From Treponemataceae bacterium (GTDB taxonomy: Bacteria > Spirochaetota > Spirochaetia > Treponematales > Rectinemataceae): DNA of 64,000 bases. The notes below the pieces were generated by a model that saw only the letters and a program-made list of their open reading frames with translations, was not told the DNA's origin and did no database searches. The stretch covers positions 32,001 through 96,000 of the forward strand of contig CAXXHO010000007.1 in assembly GCA_963667725.2 (NCBI GenBank), read 5' to 3'. Positions 1-9,729 of this stretch are shown piece by piece (the first letter of the stretch is position 1; each line of letters starts with the position of its first letter). The position numbers were made by a program, and so were the translations under genes.

Positions 1-1182
1 CAGGGCCTCCCCGACGGCTGCTGGTACGGCTGCACCCTCGCCTGCGCCCACGCCGTGGACAAGTTCGAGCTCAAGACCGGCCCCTACGCCGGCCAGAAAG
101 TCTGCGTGGACGGCCCCGAGTACGAGACCGCCGCCGGCTGCGGCTCCAACCTCGCCGTCTGGGATCCCGAGGGCGTACTCGAGATCAACTTCTATTGCGA
201 CACCTACGGCATCGACACGATCAGCGTCGGCACCATCTCCAGCTTCCTCATGGAGTGCTGGGAGTACGGCATCCTCAACGACGCCCGCACCGGCGGCATC
301 GACCTCGGCTGGGGCAACTGGAGATCCGTCTGCGAGCTCATGCACCAGATGGCGGAAGGGCGCGGCTTCGGCATGCTCGTCGGCCGCGGCGTGCGGTTCC
401 TGGCCGACTACTTCGTCCAGCAGTACGGCGCCGATCCCCGGCTGATGAAGGACATCGCCCTCCACGGCAAGGGCCTCGAGCAGAGCGAGTACATCTCCAA
501 GGAATCCCTCGCGCAGCAGGGCGGCTACTACCTCACCAACAAGGGCCCCCAGCACGACGAAGCCTGGCTCATCTTCATGGACATGGTGAACAACCGCATC
601 CCCACCTTCGAGGACAAGGCCGAGGCGCTGCACTACTTCCCGATGTTCCGCACCTGGTTCGGGCTCCAGGGCATCTGCAAGCTGCCCTGGAACGACATCG
701 AGCCCTCCGACAACGCCCGCTGGTCCGAGCCCAACAAGGTGCCCGAGCACGTGGACAACTATCGCCAGCTCTACACGGCCATCACCGGCGAGACCCTCTC
801 CTGGCCCGAGCTCATCGTCCAGTCGGAACGGGTCTACAACTTCCAGCGCGTCTTCAACCTGCGCTGCGGTCACGGCAAGCGCGTCGACGACTATCCGCCC
901 TACCGCGCCATGGGCCCCGTCACCGAAAAGGAATACCTCTCCCGCCAGGAGCGCTACGACAAGCAGCTCCGCGAGAAGGCCGGGCTCGATCCGGCATCGA
1001 TGACGCTGGAGGCCAAGGTGGCGGCCACGCGCGAATACCGCGAGGCTCAGTACGAAAGCCTCGTGGATGCCGTCTTCAAGCGCCGCGGCTGGACGAACGA
1101 CGGCGTGCCGACTCCCGAACACCTCGCGGCCATCGGCATCGACCTCCCCGAGGTCCTCGAGGTCGTCCGCCAGCACCTGTAG
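1..1182 (+). CDS. Aldehyde:ferredoxin oxidoreductase (AOR family), 5'-truncated by window edge
   Basis: Frame open from base 1 (QGLPDGCWYGCTLACAH...); CxxxCxxxC, GPEYET and CDxYGIDTIS motifs, C-terminal RGWxxxGVPT. Confidence 0.9.
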   Translation, partial: QGLPDGCWYGCTLACAHAVDKFELKTGPYAGQKVCVDGPEYETAAGCGSNLAVWDPEGVLEINFYCDTYGIDTISVGTISSFLMECWEYGILNDARTGGIDLGWGNWRSVCELMHQMAEGRGFGMLVGRGVRFLADYFVQQYGADPRLMKDIALHGKGLEQSEYISKESLAQQGGYYLTNKGPQHDEAWLIFMDMVNNRIPTFEDKAEALHYFPMFRTWFGLQGICKLPWNDIEPSDNARWSEPNKVPEHVDNYRQLYTAITGETLSWPELIVQSERVYNFQRVFNLRCGHGKRVDDYPPYRAMGPVTEKEYLSRQERYDKQLREKAGLDPASMTLEAKVAATREYREAQYESLVDAVFKRRGWTNDGVPTPEHLAAIGIDLPEVLEVVRQHL

Positions 1183-1245
1183 GCGCCGCGGCGGGCCGTG
1201 GCGCGCTGTCCCCCGCGCACCACGGCCCTGTTCCTCCGACCTCGC

Positions 1246-1307
1246 GGCAAAGGAGTGGGCGCGGCCTGCCGGCCGCGCCCACTCCTTTGCCCCTCCACTT
1301 TTTTTGT
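1246..1307 (+). terminator. Probable intrinsic terminator or long hairpin after AOR
   Basis: Perfect 21-bp inverted repeat GGCAAAGGAGTGGGCGCGGCC-TGCC-GGCCGCGCCCACTCCTTTGCC followed within 10 nt by a T7 run. Confidence 0.6.
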
Positions 1308-1375
1308 ATTTTTTACCGCAGCCTCCGTCCAGCTTTCTTGAGCATCGCCGGCCTATCTCGGTATAGTGGAAGCAC

Positions 1376-2740
1376 ATGAAGCTCAGCCCCCTGTATCGCA
1401 ACGTCCTGGTCATCGCCGCGCCCGCCGTCGTCGAACTCGTCCTCACCTCGGCCACCGCCCTCGCGGACACGATCATGGTGGGCCAGCTCGGCGCCTACGC
1501 CATCTCGGCGGTCGGACTCACCAACCAGCCCCGCCTGATCATGCTCGCCACCTTCGTCGCCCTCAACGTCGGCACCACCGCCCTCGTCGCCCGCTTCAAG
1601 GGCCAGAAAAACAAGGAAGAAGCGGGCATCGTCACCACCCAGTCGATCCTCCTCACCCTCCTCCTGGGCTTTCTCCTCACTATCCCCGGCGTCATCTTCG
1701 CCCGGCCGATGGTCAAGTTCATGGGCGCCGGCCCCGACACCGTCGAGGCGGGCACCATCTATTTCCAGATACTGATGCTCGGCTTCATTCCAACCGTCCT
1801 GCCGATCTCCATCTCGGCCCTCCTGCGGGGCGTCGGCGACACCAAGCTCTCCATGCGCTACAACCTCACCGCCAACCTCGTGAACATCTTCTTCAACTAT
1901 CTCCTCATCTACGGCAAGTTCGGTTTCCCGCGCCTCGGAGTCGCCGGCGCCGCCATCGCCACCGTCATCGGCAATACCGTCGGGTGCGCCATGGCCTTCT
2001 GGGCCATCCTCGGCAGGCCATTCCGCAAGCCGGGCAAGGCGGCCTCCGAATTCATCGAGCTCCACTTCAGCCGCGCCAACGTCAAGCCGGATTTCGCGAT
2101 GCTCAAGCGGATATTCCGGATCGGCCTCCCCTCGGCGGGCGAACAAGTGGCCCTCCGCCTCGGGCTCCTGCTCTACACGCTCTCCGTGACCGCGCTCGGC
2201 ACCGACGTGTTTGCCGCGCACCAGATCGTGCTCACGATCCTCAACCTATCCTTCGTGAACGGCCAAGCCTTCGGCATCGCCGCCACCAGCCTCACCGGCC
2301 AGGCTCTCGGCCGCGGCGACCCCCATGGGGCCAAGACCGCATCCGCCGCCTGCCAGCGCGTGGGCGCCCTCATCTCGACGCTGATGGGCCTCGTCATGTT
2401 CGTATTCCGCCGCCAGCTGATCGGCTCCTTCACCCAGGAAGCGATCATCATCGAACTCGGGGCGAGCGTGATGATCCTCGCCGCGATCAACCAGCCCTTC
2501 TCGTCCTCCTTCCAGATCTACTCGGGCGCGCTCCGCGGCGCCGGCGACTCCCTCTATCCGGCCCTGTCCATGGCGATCGGCACGCTCGGCATCAGGCCCT
2601 TCCTGGCCGTCATCCTCATCAAGTTCTTCTCGCTCGGGCTCTTCGGCGCCTGGCTCGCCCTCATGACGGACGTCATCGCGCGCTTCTTCCTCATCGCCAT
2701 CCGGTACCGGAGAGGACGCTGGGTGCACATCACCGTCTAG
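1376..2740 (+). CDS. MATE family efflux transporter
   Basis: 454 aa, about 12 hydrophobic segments, DTIMVGQLG, LRGVGDTK, NIFFNYLLI, GVAGAAIAT motifs. Confidence 0.92.
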   Translation: MKLSPLYRNVLVIAAPAVVELVLTSATALADTIMVGQLGAYAISAVGLTNQPRLIMLATFVALNVGTTALVARFKGQKNKEEAGIVTTQSILLTLLLGFLLTIPGVIFARPMVKFMGAGPDTVEAGTIYFQILMLGFIPTVLPISISALLRGVGDTKLSMRYNLTANLVNIFFNYLLIYGKFGFPRLGVAGAAIATVIGNTVGCAMAFWAILGRPFRKPGKAASEFIELHFSRANVKPDFAMLKRIFRIGLPSAGEQVALRLGLLLYTLSVTALGTDVFAAHQIVLTILNLSFVNGQAFGIAATSLTGQALGRGDPHGAKTASAACQRVGALISTLMGLVMFVFRRQLIGSFTQEAIIIELGASVMILAAINQPFSSSFQIYSGALRGAGDSLYPALSMAIGTLGIRPFLAVILIKFFSLGLFGAWLALMTDVIARFFLIAIRYRRGRWVHITV

Positions 2741-2850
2741 CGCCCCCGCATCAGGGCGCGGTCTCCCGCCGCCCGTCGACCATCCCAAAGCCCCGCCCGC
2801 GGCGAAAACGAACGCTTGCGCCGCCCTCCGCCAACAGGTATCATTCAGCC

Positions 2851-3201
2851 ATGAAACGGAAGCTTAGCGAGGATGACTGCAGGACGGCGATGCGCGACGG
2901 GGAGTTCCCCTCCGCGCTGCGCGGTTCCGCGCCATGCGTCGCGGTCGTTCTCACGCAGAGCTGGTGCCCGCAATGGCTTTGGATGAAGTCCTACCTGGGA
3001 TCCATCGCCGAGGAAGAAGGCGTCGACGTTTATTGGATCGAATACGACCGCGAGGCCTTCTTCGACGAGTTTCGCGCCTTCAAGGAAGACTCCTTCGGAA
3101 ACTATGAAATTCCTTACGTGCGCTACTACCGCGACGGGATATTGGCTCGAGAGAGCAACTATATCGACAAGGGTGGCTTTCTCCGCTGCCTGAAACGCTA
3201 G
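2851..3201 (+). CDS. Small thioredoxin-fold-like protein (TQSWCPQW)
   Basis: C-terminal 116 aa of the 1366..3201 ORF; ATG at 2851 follows TTGCGC-17-TATCAT; WCP and IPYVRYYRDG resemble the thioredoxin fold. Confidence 0.7.
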   Translation: MKRKLSEDDCRTAMRDGEFPSALRGSAPCVAVVLTQSWCPQWLWMKSYLGSIAEEEGVDVYWIEYDREAFFDEFRAFKEDSFGNYEIPYVRYYRDGILARESNYIDKGGFLRCLKR

Positions 3202-3265
3202 CGGACCGGGGCGAAGCCTGTCGGGACGGCGTACCCAGCCAGGCTCCGCCGCCTTAGGAGGGACA

Positions 3266-4453
3266 ATGAAGCATGCAGGAAAGCGGATCTGGTTCAATAT
3301 CGCAGCCCGGGCGCTCACCATCCTGCCGCAGAAAGTCCCGACCCTGCTGACGGGCGCGGGCAGCCTCAAGCTAATCCCCTCCGAGCTCGAAGTGCTCGGC
3401 GCCAAAAAGCCCCTCATCGTCACCGACGCCGTCCTCGTAAAAACCGGGGTCGCCGCACGCGTGGCCGAGATACTCTCCGGAGCTGGCATTCCCTTTGCCG
3501 TATTTGACCAAATCCTTCCCGATCCCACCTACGAAATCTGCTCGCAGGGCCTCGCGGCCCTGCGAGCGAACGCCTGCGACGCGGTGATCGCCCTAGGCGG
3601 CGGCTCCGTGATCGACGCTGCCAAGCTCATCCGCATGGGCGCCACGCATCGCAAGAGCGTCGCCAAATTCGTCGGCCTGCTTCCCTTCCGCAACGGCGGG
3701 CTCCCCTTCATCTGCGTCCCCTCCACGGCGGGCACCGGCAGCGAGGCTACGGCCGCCGCCGTCATCACCGACGCGGCGCGCCACCGCAAGCAGACCATCC
3801 TCGACCCGCGGCTGCCCCCCAACACCGCGATCCTCGATCCCCTCATCACCACAGGCCTGCCGCCCGCCATGACCGCCGCCACCGGCATGGACGCCCTCAC
3901 GCACGCCGTCGAAGCGTATACGAACACCCTCCATTACTCCGACGTCGACGTCCAGGCGATCGAGGCGGTGCGGCTCATCTTCTCCAACCTGCGCGCCGCC
4001 TGTGCCGACGGCGGCAAGATCGAGGCCCGCGAAGCCATGCTCAGGGCCTCACACCTAGCCGGGCGCGCCTTCACCCGCGGATTCGTCGGCTACGTCCACG
4101 CGGTCGCGCATCGCTTCGGCGAACGCTACCACGTGCCGCACGGCCTCGCGAACGCCATCGCCCTGCCGTATTTCCTCGACCTCTACCGCGAGGCCTGCCC
4201 CGAACGCCTCGCCGACCTGGCCGCCGCCGCCGGCCTTCGCGACCGCGCCTCGGCCGCTCAAGCCTTCGTCGACGCGGTCCGCTCGCTCGCCGCGGACATC
4301 GGCATCCCCGCAAAGGCGACATTCCTCGCCGCGGGCGACATCCCCGCCATCGCCGCCGCCGCGCTCAAGGAGGCTCACGGCACGCCCTATCCCGTGCCCA
4401 TCGTCCTCGACGCCCCCGCGATCGAAGCCGTCATTCGCGCAATGCTGGCCTGA
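3266..4453 (+). CDS. Iron-containing alcohol dehydrogenase
   Basis: GGGSVIDAAK, PSTAGTGSE, GMDALTHAVEAY, HAVAH and HGLANAI motifs; AGGAGG RBS. Confidence 0.92.
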   Translation: MKHAGKRIWFNIAARALTILPQKVPTLLTGAGSLKLIPSELEVLGAKKPLIVTDAVLVKTGVAARVAEILSGAGIPFAVFDQILPDPTYEICSQGLAALRANACDAVIALGGGSVIDAAKLIRMGATHRKSVAKFVGLLPFRNGGLPFICVPSTAGTGSEATAAAVITDAARHRKQTILDPRLPPNTAILDPLITTGLPPAMTAATGMDALTHAVEAYTNTLHYSDVDVQAIEAVRLIFSNLRAACADGGKIEAREAMLRASHLAGRAFTRGFVGYVHAVAHRFGERYHVPHGLANAIALPYFLDLYREACPERLADLAAAAGLRDRASAAQAFVDAVRSLAADIGIPAKATFLAAGDIPAIAAAALKEAHGTPYPVPIVLDAPAIEAVIRAMLA

Positions 4454-4497
4454 AGCGCCGCCGTCGCGATGGCCGCTATAGCTAATCCAATTCGCAA

Positions 4498-4525
4498 TTG
4501 ACTTCCCCATCAATGAGGGTATGAT
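4498..4525 (+). promoter_or_regulatory. Candidate sigma70 promoter for intI
   Basis: TTGACT-16 bp-TATGAT; the spacer holds an imperfect palindrome CCCCAT..ATGAGGG; GAGGAG RBS at 4686-4691. Confidence 0.55.
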
Positions 4526-4699
4526 AAACACTGCGTTCAGAATGATCACAAAAGGTACGATCCGGCCCTTTTATTCTGTTTCGGCGAAGAAAGGAGCCGC
4601 GCACCGCCATACTCCCCGCTGAAGCCGACGCGCGCATTCCTCGCGTAATAGTCATATCCTTGTCCTTCCCCTGCAGGACCTCGCTGAGGAGATTGACCT

Positions 4700-5992
4700 A
4701 TGAATGTGTCCGTGTCGGCAGATGGAGACCTGTGGTTCGCCATATCGATGGAATATGACGAAGACATCGTCGCAGCCTTCAAGCGGATTCCCTGGCATCG
4801 ATGGGATCCCGATCGGAAGCTGTGGCTCTTCCCCAAAACGAAAGCCTCCCTCGACTTGGCGCGCGCGGCGCTGGACGACTCTGGACACCATATCTCTTCG
4901 CAGATCGATGCGCTGATGCCGGCTGGAGGCAAGCCGCCCGCCTTGATGCAGCCTCCCAGGAAGCTGGGTCCCGCGGACTTCTTTGAGGACGATTCGCAGC
5001 CTCTTGAGCCCTATAAGCCCGCGGCGCCCGATCAAAGCTCTCCATACATGCGGCGCTACCTGACTGCCCTGTGCGCTCGGCATTACAGCGATAGGACGAA
5101 GGAATCCTACTCGAAATGGCTGGCGCGGTTCATCGCCGCCAATAAAGGAAAAAACCCCGCCGCGATGGGCGGCCCCGATATAAACGCTTTTCTCAGCCAC
5201 CTGGCTGCCTGCGAAAACGTCAGCGCGTCGACGCAGAACCAAGCCCTTGCGGCGCTGCTATTCTTCTTTCGCAACATAATGAACAACCCCGTCGGCGACG
5301 TCGGCGAGGTTATCCGCGCTAAAAAGCCGAAGCGGCTCCCGGTCGTCATGAGCCGTCAGGAAGTCCGCGCAGTTCTTTCGGCGCTTTCGAGCGATAAATG
5401 GCTCATCGCATCGCTCATGTATGGCACAGGCCTTCGGCTCATGGAGTGCCTCGACCTTCGCGTACAGGATATCGACTTTGCGCAGAACGAAATCATTGTG
5501 CGCAACGGAAAAGGCGGCAAGGATCGGCGCACCATGCTTCCCGGGACGCTAAAGACCTCGCTGCAGGAACACCTCATCGCCGTAAAAGCCATTCACAACA
5601 AAGACCTCGCCGAAGGCTGGGGCCGCGTTCCCGTTCCGGAGGCTCTCGGGAAAAAATATCCCAACGCCGCATCCGAATGGGCATGGCAGTGGATATTCCC
5701 GCAGGAGCGGCGATGGAAGGATCCCCGCACCGGCAATCAAGGCCGCCATCACATGGACCCGAGCATCCTTCAAACAGCGGTTCATGAGGCGGTTATCAAA
5801 TCAGGCATCGCAAAGCGCGCGAGCTGCCACACGTTCCGGCATTCCTTCGCCACGCACCTGCTTGAAAATGGTTACGATATTCGCACGGTGCAAGAGCTTC
5901 TCGGCCACAGCGACGTAAAGACGACAATGATCTACACACATGTTCTGAACCGAGGCCCCAACGGCGTCCGCAGCCCCGCCGACGGCCTCTAG
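4700..5992 (+). CDS. intI: Integron integrase (tyrosine recombinase) with ~110-aa N-terminal extension
   Basis: SAM-like domain ([21 protein letters not shown]), YGTGLR, KGGKDR, IntI-specific insert ([25 protein letters not shown]...RHH), [27 protein letters not shown]. Confidence 0.97.
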   Translation: MNVSVSADGDLWFAISMEYDEDIVAAFKRIPWHRWDPDRKLWLFPKTKASLDLARAALDDSGHHISSQIDALMPAGGKPPALMQPPRKLGPADFFEDDSQPLEPYKPAAPDQSSPYMRRYLTALCARHYSDRTKESYSKWLARFIAANKGKNPAAMGGPDINAFLSHLAACENVSASTQNQALAALLFFFRNIMNNPVGDVGEVIRAKKPKRLPVVMSRQEVRAVLSALSSDKWLIASLMYGTGLRLMECLDLRVQDIDFAQNEIIVRNGKGGKDRRTMLPGTLKTSLQEHLIAVKAIHNKDLAEGWGRVPVPEALGKKYPNAASEWAWQWIFPQERRWKDPRTGNQGRHHMDPSILQTAVHEAVIKSGIAKRASCHTFRHSFATHLLENGYDIRTVQELLGHSDVKTTMIYTHVLNRGPNGVRSPADGL

Positions 5993-6109
5993 TTTGTCAA
6001 AAATTTACAGCGTCCCTGTCGAAAATCCTTACTAGTTGTATATGGTAATTTATATTTGTATGCCCCAAAAATACTTAACAATTCATCTCCATTTATCCTC
6101 GCTCTTATG

Positions 6110-6167
6110 TGGTTCAGTCTTCAATTAAACCTCTTCTCTTTATTGAACTGTCCAATAAATGTTAGAA
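6110..6167 (+). other. attI recombination site (crossover G/TT at 6161-6162); 5' limit approximate
   Basis: First GTTAGAA core not preceded by an attC hairpin, matching TTCTAAC at 6580; inverted repeat TTTATTG..CAATAAA at 6139-6159. Confidence 0.8.
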
Positions 6168-6579
6168 CGACCTCATTCTATTGACTAGAGCCTTGCATAA
6201 TCTTGTTGCAGAATACTAAGCAACATTGCATGGCCATCATAAGAAAGATCATTTTTACATTACTGGACGGAAAAAAGTCTTGAGATGCCGCTCCAAGAAG
6301 CGCGCATTGGGCTTCTTGGAAAGTGGCGGCTAAGAGCTTCGCTGTAGGCAGTTCATCGGTCCCACCGCAGAAGCCTTATTGCTGTGAATAAAGATCAGTG
6401 ATTCGCAGAGAGCTGCCCACAGCGAAACGAAGAGGCCGCAAAGATCAAATAAGTAATAGCGCGCGAAGAGGAGCGGCAGAAGAGCGACTTTTTTCGCATT
6501 CAGAGTTGGCGAAGAGGCTCGCCAAGATTCAATATTGTGATGTTATCTTAGTGGCAGTTAGTAGCGCTAAAGTTGGCGA
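6168..6579 (+). ncRNA. ORF-less structured cassette, copy 1 (candidate ncRNA; strand uncertain)
   Basis: No ORF conserved across the 3 copies; nested helices 6270-6279/6486-6495, 6287-6301/6311-6327, 6336-6354/6410-6428, 6506-6512/6519-6525. Confidence 0.55.
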
Positions 6580-6704
6580 TTCTAACAACTGCTTCAACCT
6601 TATAAATCCTTTGTCATGGTTTGTGCAGGAACAACAATGCACAAACCACGCCAAGCCTTCACTAGCGCTCAGGCGCGGATTTAAAGGTTAAGCTAATGTT
6701 AGAA
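6580..6704 (+). repeat. attC 1 (family A)
   Basis: TTCTAAC-N4-GCTTCAAC...GTTAAGC-N4-GTTAGAA with an extra base in the L'' box. Confidence 0.95.
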
Positions 6705-7116
6705 CGGCCTCATTCTATTGACCAGAGCCTTGCACGATCTTGTTGTAGAATACTAAACGAAATTGCACGGTCATCATAAGAAAGATTATTTTTACATTAC
6801 TGGACGGAAAAAAGTCTAGAGATGCCGCTCCAAGAAACGCGCATTGGGCTTCTTGGTAAGTGGCGGCTAAGAGCTTCGCTGTAGGCAGTTCATCGGTCCC
6901 ACCGCAGAAGCCTTATTGCTGGGAATAAAAACCAGTGATTCGCAGAGAGCTGCCCACAGCGAAGCGAAGAGGCCGCAAAGGGAAAAAGTAAAATAGCGCG
7001 CGAAGAGGAGCGGCAGAAGAGCGACTTTTTTCGCATTCCGAGTTGGCGAAGAGGCTCGCCACGATTACATAATGTGATTATATCTTTGTGGCGGTTAATA
7101 GCGCTAAAGCTGGCGA
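6705..7116 (+). ncRNA. ORF-less structured cassette, copy 2
   Basis: Diverged copy of 6168-6579 with the same helices. Confidence 0.55.
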
Positions 7117-7241
7117 TTCTAACAAAAGCTTCAACCTTGTAAATCCTTTGGCATGGTTTGTGCAAGAACAACAATGCACAAACCACGCCAAGCCTGAGCT
7201 AGCGCTCAGGCGCGGATTTAAAGGTTAAGCAAATGTTAGAT
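7117..7241 (+). repeat. attC 2 (family A)
   Basis: TTCTAAC...GTTAGAT. Confidence 0.95.
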
Positions 7242-7269
7242 TGACGCTTCGCGCAGAGGAGAAGAACAT

Positions 7270-7965
7270 ATGTTGAGTGACATTTCTAGCTTAAAATTGA
7301 ACCCGATTAGCAAATATGAGTTCGAGCGCCTACTTAAAGTTAATATGCCAGAATTATTGGATAGGTTTTCACAATCAAAAGATCTAATAATTAAAATGGC
7401 AGATATCGTGCTTGAGACTGTTGCGCATGCAGAATTTCAGGTTAAAAAAGAGGAACATGTTAATGAATGGTCAAGTATAATCAAAATATGGAATGTAATT
7501 GGATTCGTATTATTAGCATCGCTTGATCTGAAAATATATTTAGAGTTAATGTGTATGTCAAAAGATAATATGCAAAAGATAGCTATAACTAGAATGGTTT
7601 ATACTCAACTATATGAAATTGCCAAAAATTTAGACGATTTAACTAATATCAGGTTTGTTGAAGAAATGAAAAAAATAAATGCTAATCAATATATAGCTGA
7701 ACTATATGAAAAAAGAAAAATGCTTTCTGATTTAAAAAGGAGATATGAAAAAGACTTATTTAGTGTAAGAGTCAACATAGGAGCACATAGAGAAAAAAAC
7801 TATCAAGTTTTTCATCAGTATTTATGTAGTATGGACTATACTGCTTCAATTCAACTAGTATTTATGTTTAATGAAGTAATCGATGCATTAGGAGAGACTC
7901 TTCAAAAAATAATGAATCAATCAGTGGGATTTATTAAAGATACATATAATGGAAAAGAAATCTAA
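7270..7965 (+). CDS. Hypothetical helical protein (cassette 3)
   Basis: GAGGAG RBS; stop codon inside the inverse core; fills the cassette. Confidence 0.85.
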   Translation: MLSDISSLKLNPISKYEFERLLKVNMPELLDRFSQSKDLIIKMADIVLETVAHAEFQVKKEEHVNEWSSIIKIWNVIGFVLLASLDLKIYLELMCMSKDNMQKIAITRMVYTQLYEIAKNLDDLTNIRFVEEMKKINANQYIAELYEKRKMLSDLKRRYEKDLFSVRVNIGAHREKNYQVFHQYLCSMDYTASIQLVFMFNEVIDALGETLQKIMNQSVGFIKDTYNGKEI

Positions 7966-8083
7966 CAAATGCTTCAACCTTGTAAATCCTTTGTCATGGT
8001 TTGTGCAAGAACTCCCTTGCACAAACCATGACAAGCCTTCGCTTTGCTCAGGCGCGGATTTAAAGGTTAAGCTAATGTTAGGC
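7960..8083 (+). repeat. attC 3 (family A)
   Basis: ATCTAAC...GTTAGGC. Confidence 0.95.
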
Positions 8084-8141
8084 AGACGCCTTCGGCGCCC
8101 GGGGCAAAGTTGAAATCGTATAAGTACCAAGGTCAAAAAAA

Positions 8142-8942
8142 ATGTGCCTTGTATTTATAGAGTGCATAAGTAGCGAGAATAGAATGAAACCAGTAAACGT
8201 AGTCAGAAAAGGAGAAGACAATAATAGCGTTTTTATTGCTTCAAATATAGGAGAATTGCTTTTGGATACTGGTGCAACATCATCACAAATTACTGAAAAA
8301 AGTGTACCATTGAATACAAAAATAGTTGGGGATATAAAATCTCACGGTTTCTTTGGCAAAAGCAGAACTATGAGAAATTCTACTGTTCCGATTTTATCTA
8401 TAGGCGATATAGTAAAGCAAAATGTACCAATGCAAATTGATATGTCGCTTAATGCCCATGGGATATTGGGAATGGATATTTTATCAGAGTATAAAGTATT
8501 CCTTGATATAAAAAATGGTATTGTATGCTTTGATTCAGAAAAAATATGCTCACAAGAAATGTATAAAGGTAATCGTAAAATGTATTGCCTTCCCATAGTA
8601 CTAAATGGCATTTCGTTATGGGGGCTATTAGATACAGGTGCAAGCGGAACAATAGTGAGCAAAACACTATTCAAAAAGTATCCTGAGTTTTTTGAATATG
8701 CAGGAAAAGATACAGCAAAAGATTGGACAGGAGCAGGTTTTTCGTGTGATTTAGTGACAATAAAGAATCTTATTGTAGGAGATTATAAGATTCCTGATCA
8801 TAAGGGAGCTATTCTAAATCTTTGGCCTTACAGATTCCTCATTGGGAAAGCTATTGAGTTTATAATTGGTGTAACAACATTAGAGAAGGGTAATTGGATT
8901 TTTGATTTTCCTAACTCGAAATGGGAATATATTGCGTATTGA
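8142..8942 (+). CDS. Retropepsin-like aspartyl protease with two tandem domains (cassette 4)
   Basis: LLDTGATSS...GILGMDIL and LLDTGASGT...FIIG; start could be the later ATG (MKPV). Confidence 0.85.
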   Translation: MCLVFIECISSENRMKPVNVVRKGEDNNSVFIASNIGELLLDTGATSSQITEKSVPLNTKIVGDIKSHGFFGKSRTMRNSTVPILSIGDIVKQNVPMQIDMSLNAHGILGMDILSEYKVFLDIKNGIVCFDSEKICSQEMYKGNRKMYCLPIVLNGISLWGLLDTGASGTIVSKTLFKKYPEFFEYAGKDTAKDWTGAGFSCDLVTIKNLIVGDYKIPDHKGAILNLWPYRFLIGKAIEFIIGVTTLEKGNWIFDFPNSKWEYIAY

Positions 8943-8963
8943 ATAAGGGCATAGGATAATTTT

Positions 8964-9087
8964 GCCTAACACCTGCTTCAACCTTATAAATCCTTTGGCA
9001 TGGTTCTAGCGAAAAGATCGCGCAAGAACCATGCCAAGCCTTCGCAGTAGCTCAGGCGCGGATTTACAGGTTAAGCTAATGTTCTAC
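8964..9087 (+). repeat. attC 4
   Basis: GCCTAAC...GTTCTAC (non-canonical core). Confidence 0.93.
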
Positions 9088-9140
9088 GGACCCTCCGGGC
9101 GGGAAGAATATATATACCTAATCATAGATGATTAGAGTAA

Positions 9141-9626
9141 ATGAGGGATTTTATGGGAAGTATTTTTACAGTTGACAATTTCAAACTCGCAAGTTCTATT
9201 GTTTCTCCCTTTTTAGCTGCATATCTAGCATCGCATTGGGCATTAAAAAAACACTACAAAGAAAAATGGTGGGAAAGAAAAGAAATTGCATATAAAGACA
9301 TTATTGACTCATTATATGATCTTCTACAGTATTGTGAAATTGAAAAAGAAGACTATGAGCATAGATCAACAATACAGATAGATAAATTTAATGAACTTCA
9401 GGGGAAATACAATAATGCATATTGGAATATTAAGAAAAATACCATTATAGCTGAATATCTAGTTTCAAAAGATGCAGCAGCTGCTTTAAAAATATTGCAA
9501 AATCGCGAAAAGTTGAAATGGGACGAAAATCCTCCATGGGAAATATTCGAAGCAGAATATAATGCTTATCAGAAAGCACTTATGGAAATAATCCGTACTT
9601 CAAATATTGATTTGAAAAAGAAATAA
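9141..9626 (+). CDS. Hypothetical protein with N-terminal TM segment (cassette 5)
   Basis: 161 aa; TM followed by KEKWWERKEIAY. Confidence 0.8.
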   Translation: MRDFMGSIFTVDNFKLASSIVSPFLAAYLASHWALKKHYKEKWWERKEIAYKDIIDSLYDLLQYCEIEKEDYEHRSTIQIDKFNELQGKYNNAYWNIKKNTIIAEYLVSKDAAAALKILQNREKLKWDENPPWEIFEAEYNAYQKALMEIIRTSNIDLKKK

Positions 9627-9729
9627 GTCAAATATATCAATATTGTGATTAGATTTAAGAACTTACAATAGCAAGAAGATATATATTGTGTGGTAAGGTT
9701 TAGAGTTAAATATTTTTTAAGGGGGAGAA

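Noticed and set aside
195..2850. Long alternative-frame ORFs 195..1379, the 5' part of 1366..3201, 1313..2221 and 2246..2788
   Set aside because: Arg/Pro/His-rich shadow frames of GC-rich genes overlapping well-supported AOR and MATE CDSs.
4454..4699. E. coli-type LexA box controlling intI
   Set aside because: No CTGT-N8-ACAG seen; a lineage-specific SOS box cannot be excluded.
4454..6160. oriC at the skew switch
   Set aside because: No TTATNCACA DnaA-box cluster and no dnaA, dnaN or gyrB nearby.
6168..6270. Strong sigma70 promoter inside the ORF-less cassette
   Set aside because: TTGACT/TTGCAT and CATAAT/TAGAAT-like hexamers are present but not at 16-18 bp spacing in all three copies on either strand.
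6270..6495. Assignment of the structured cassette to RNase P, tmRNA, SRP, T-box or group II intron
   Set aside because: I could not find the diagnostic motifs (RNase P P4 pairing, tRNA-like ends, T-box sequence, intron domain V or GUGCG start).
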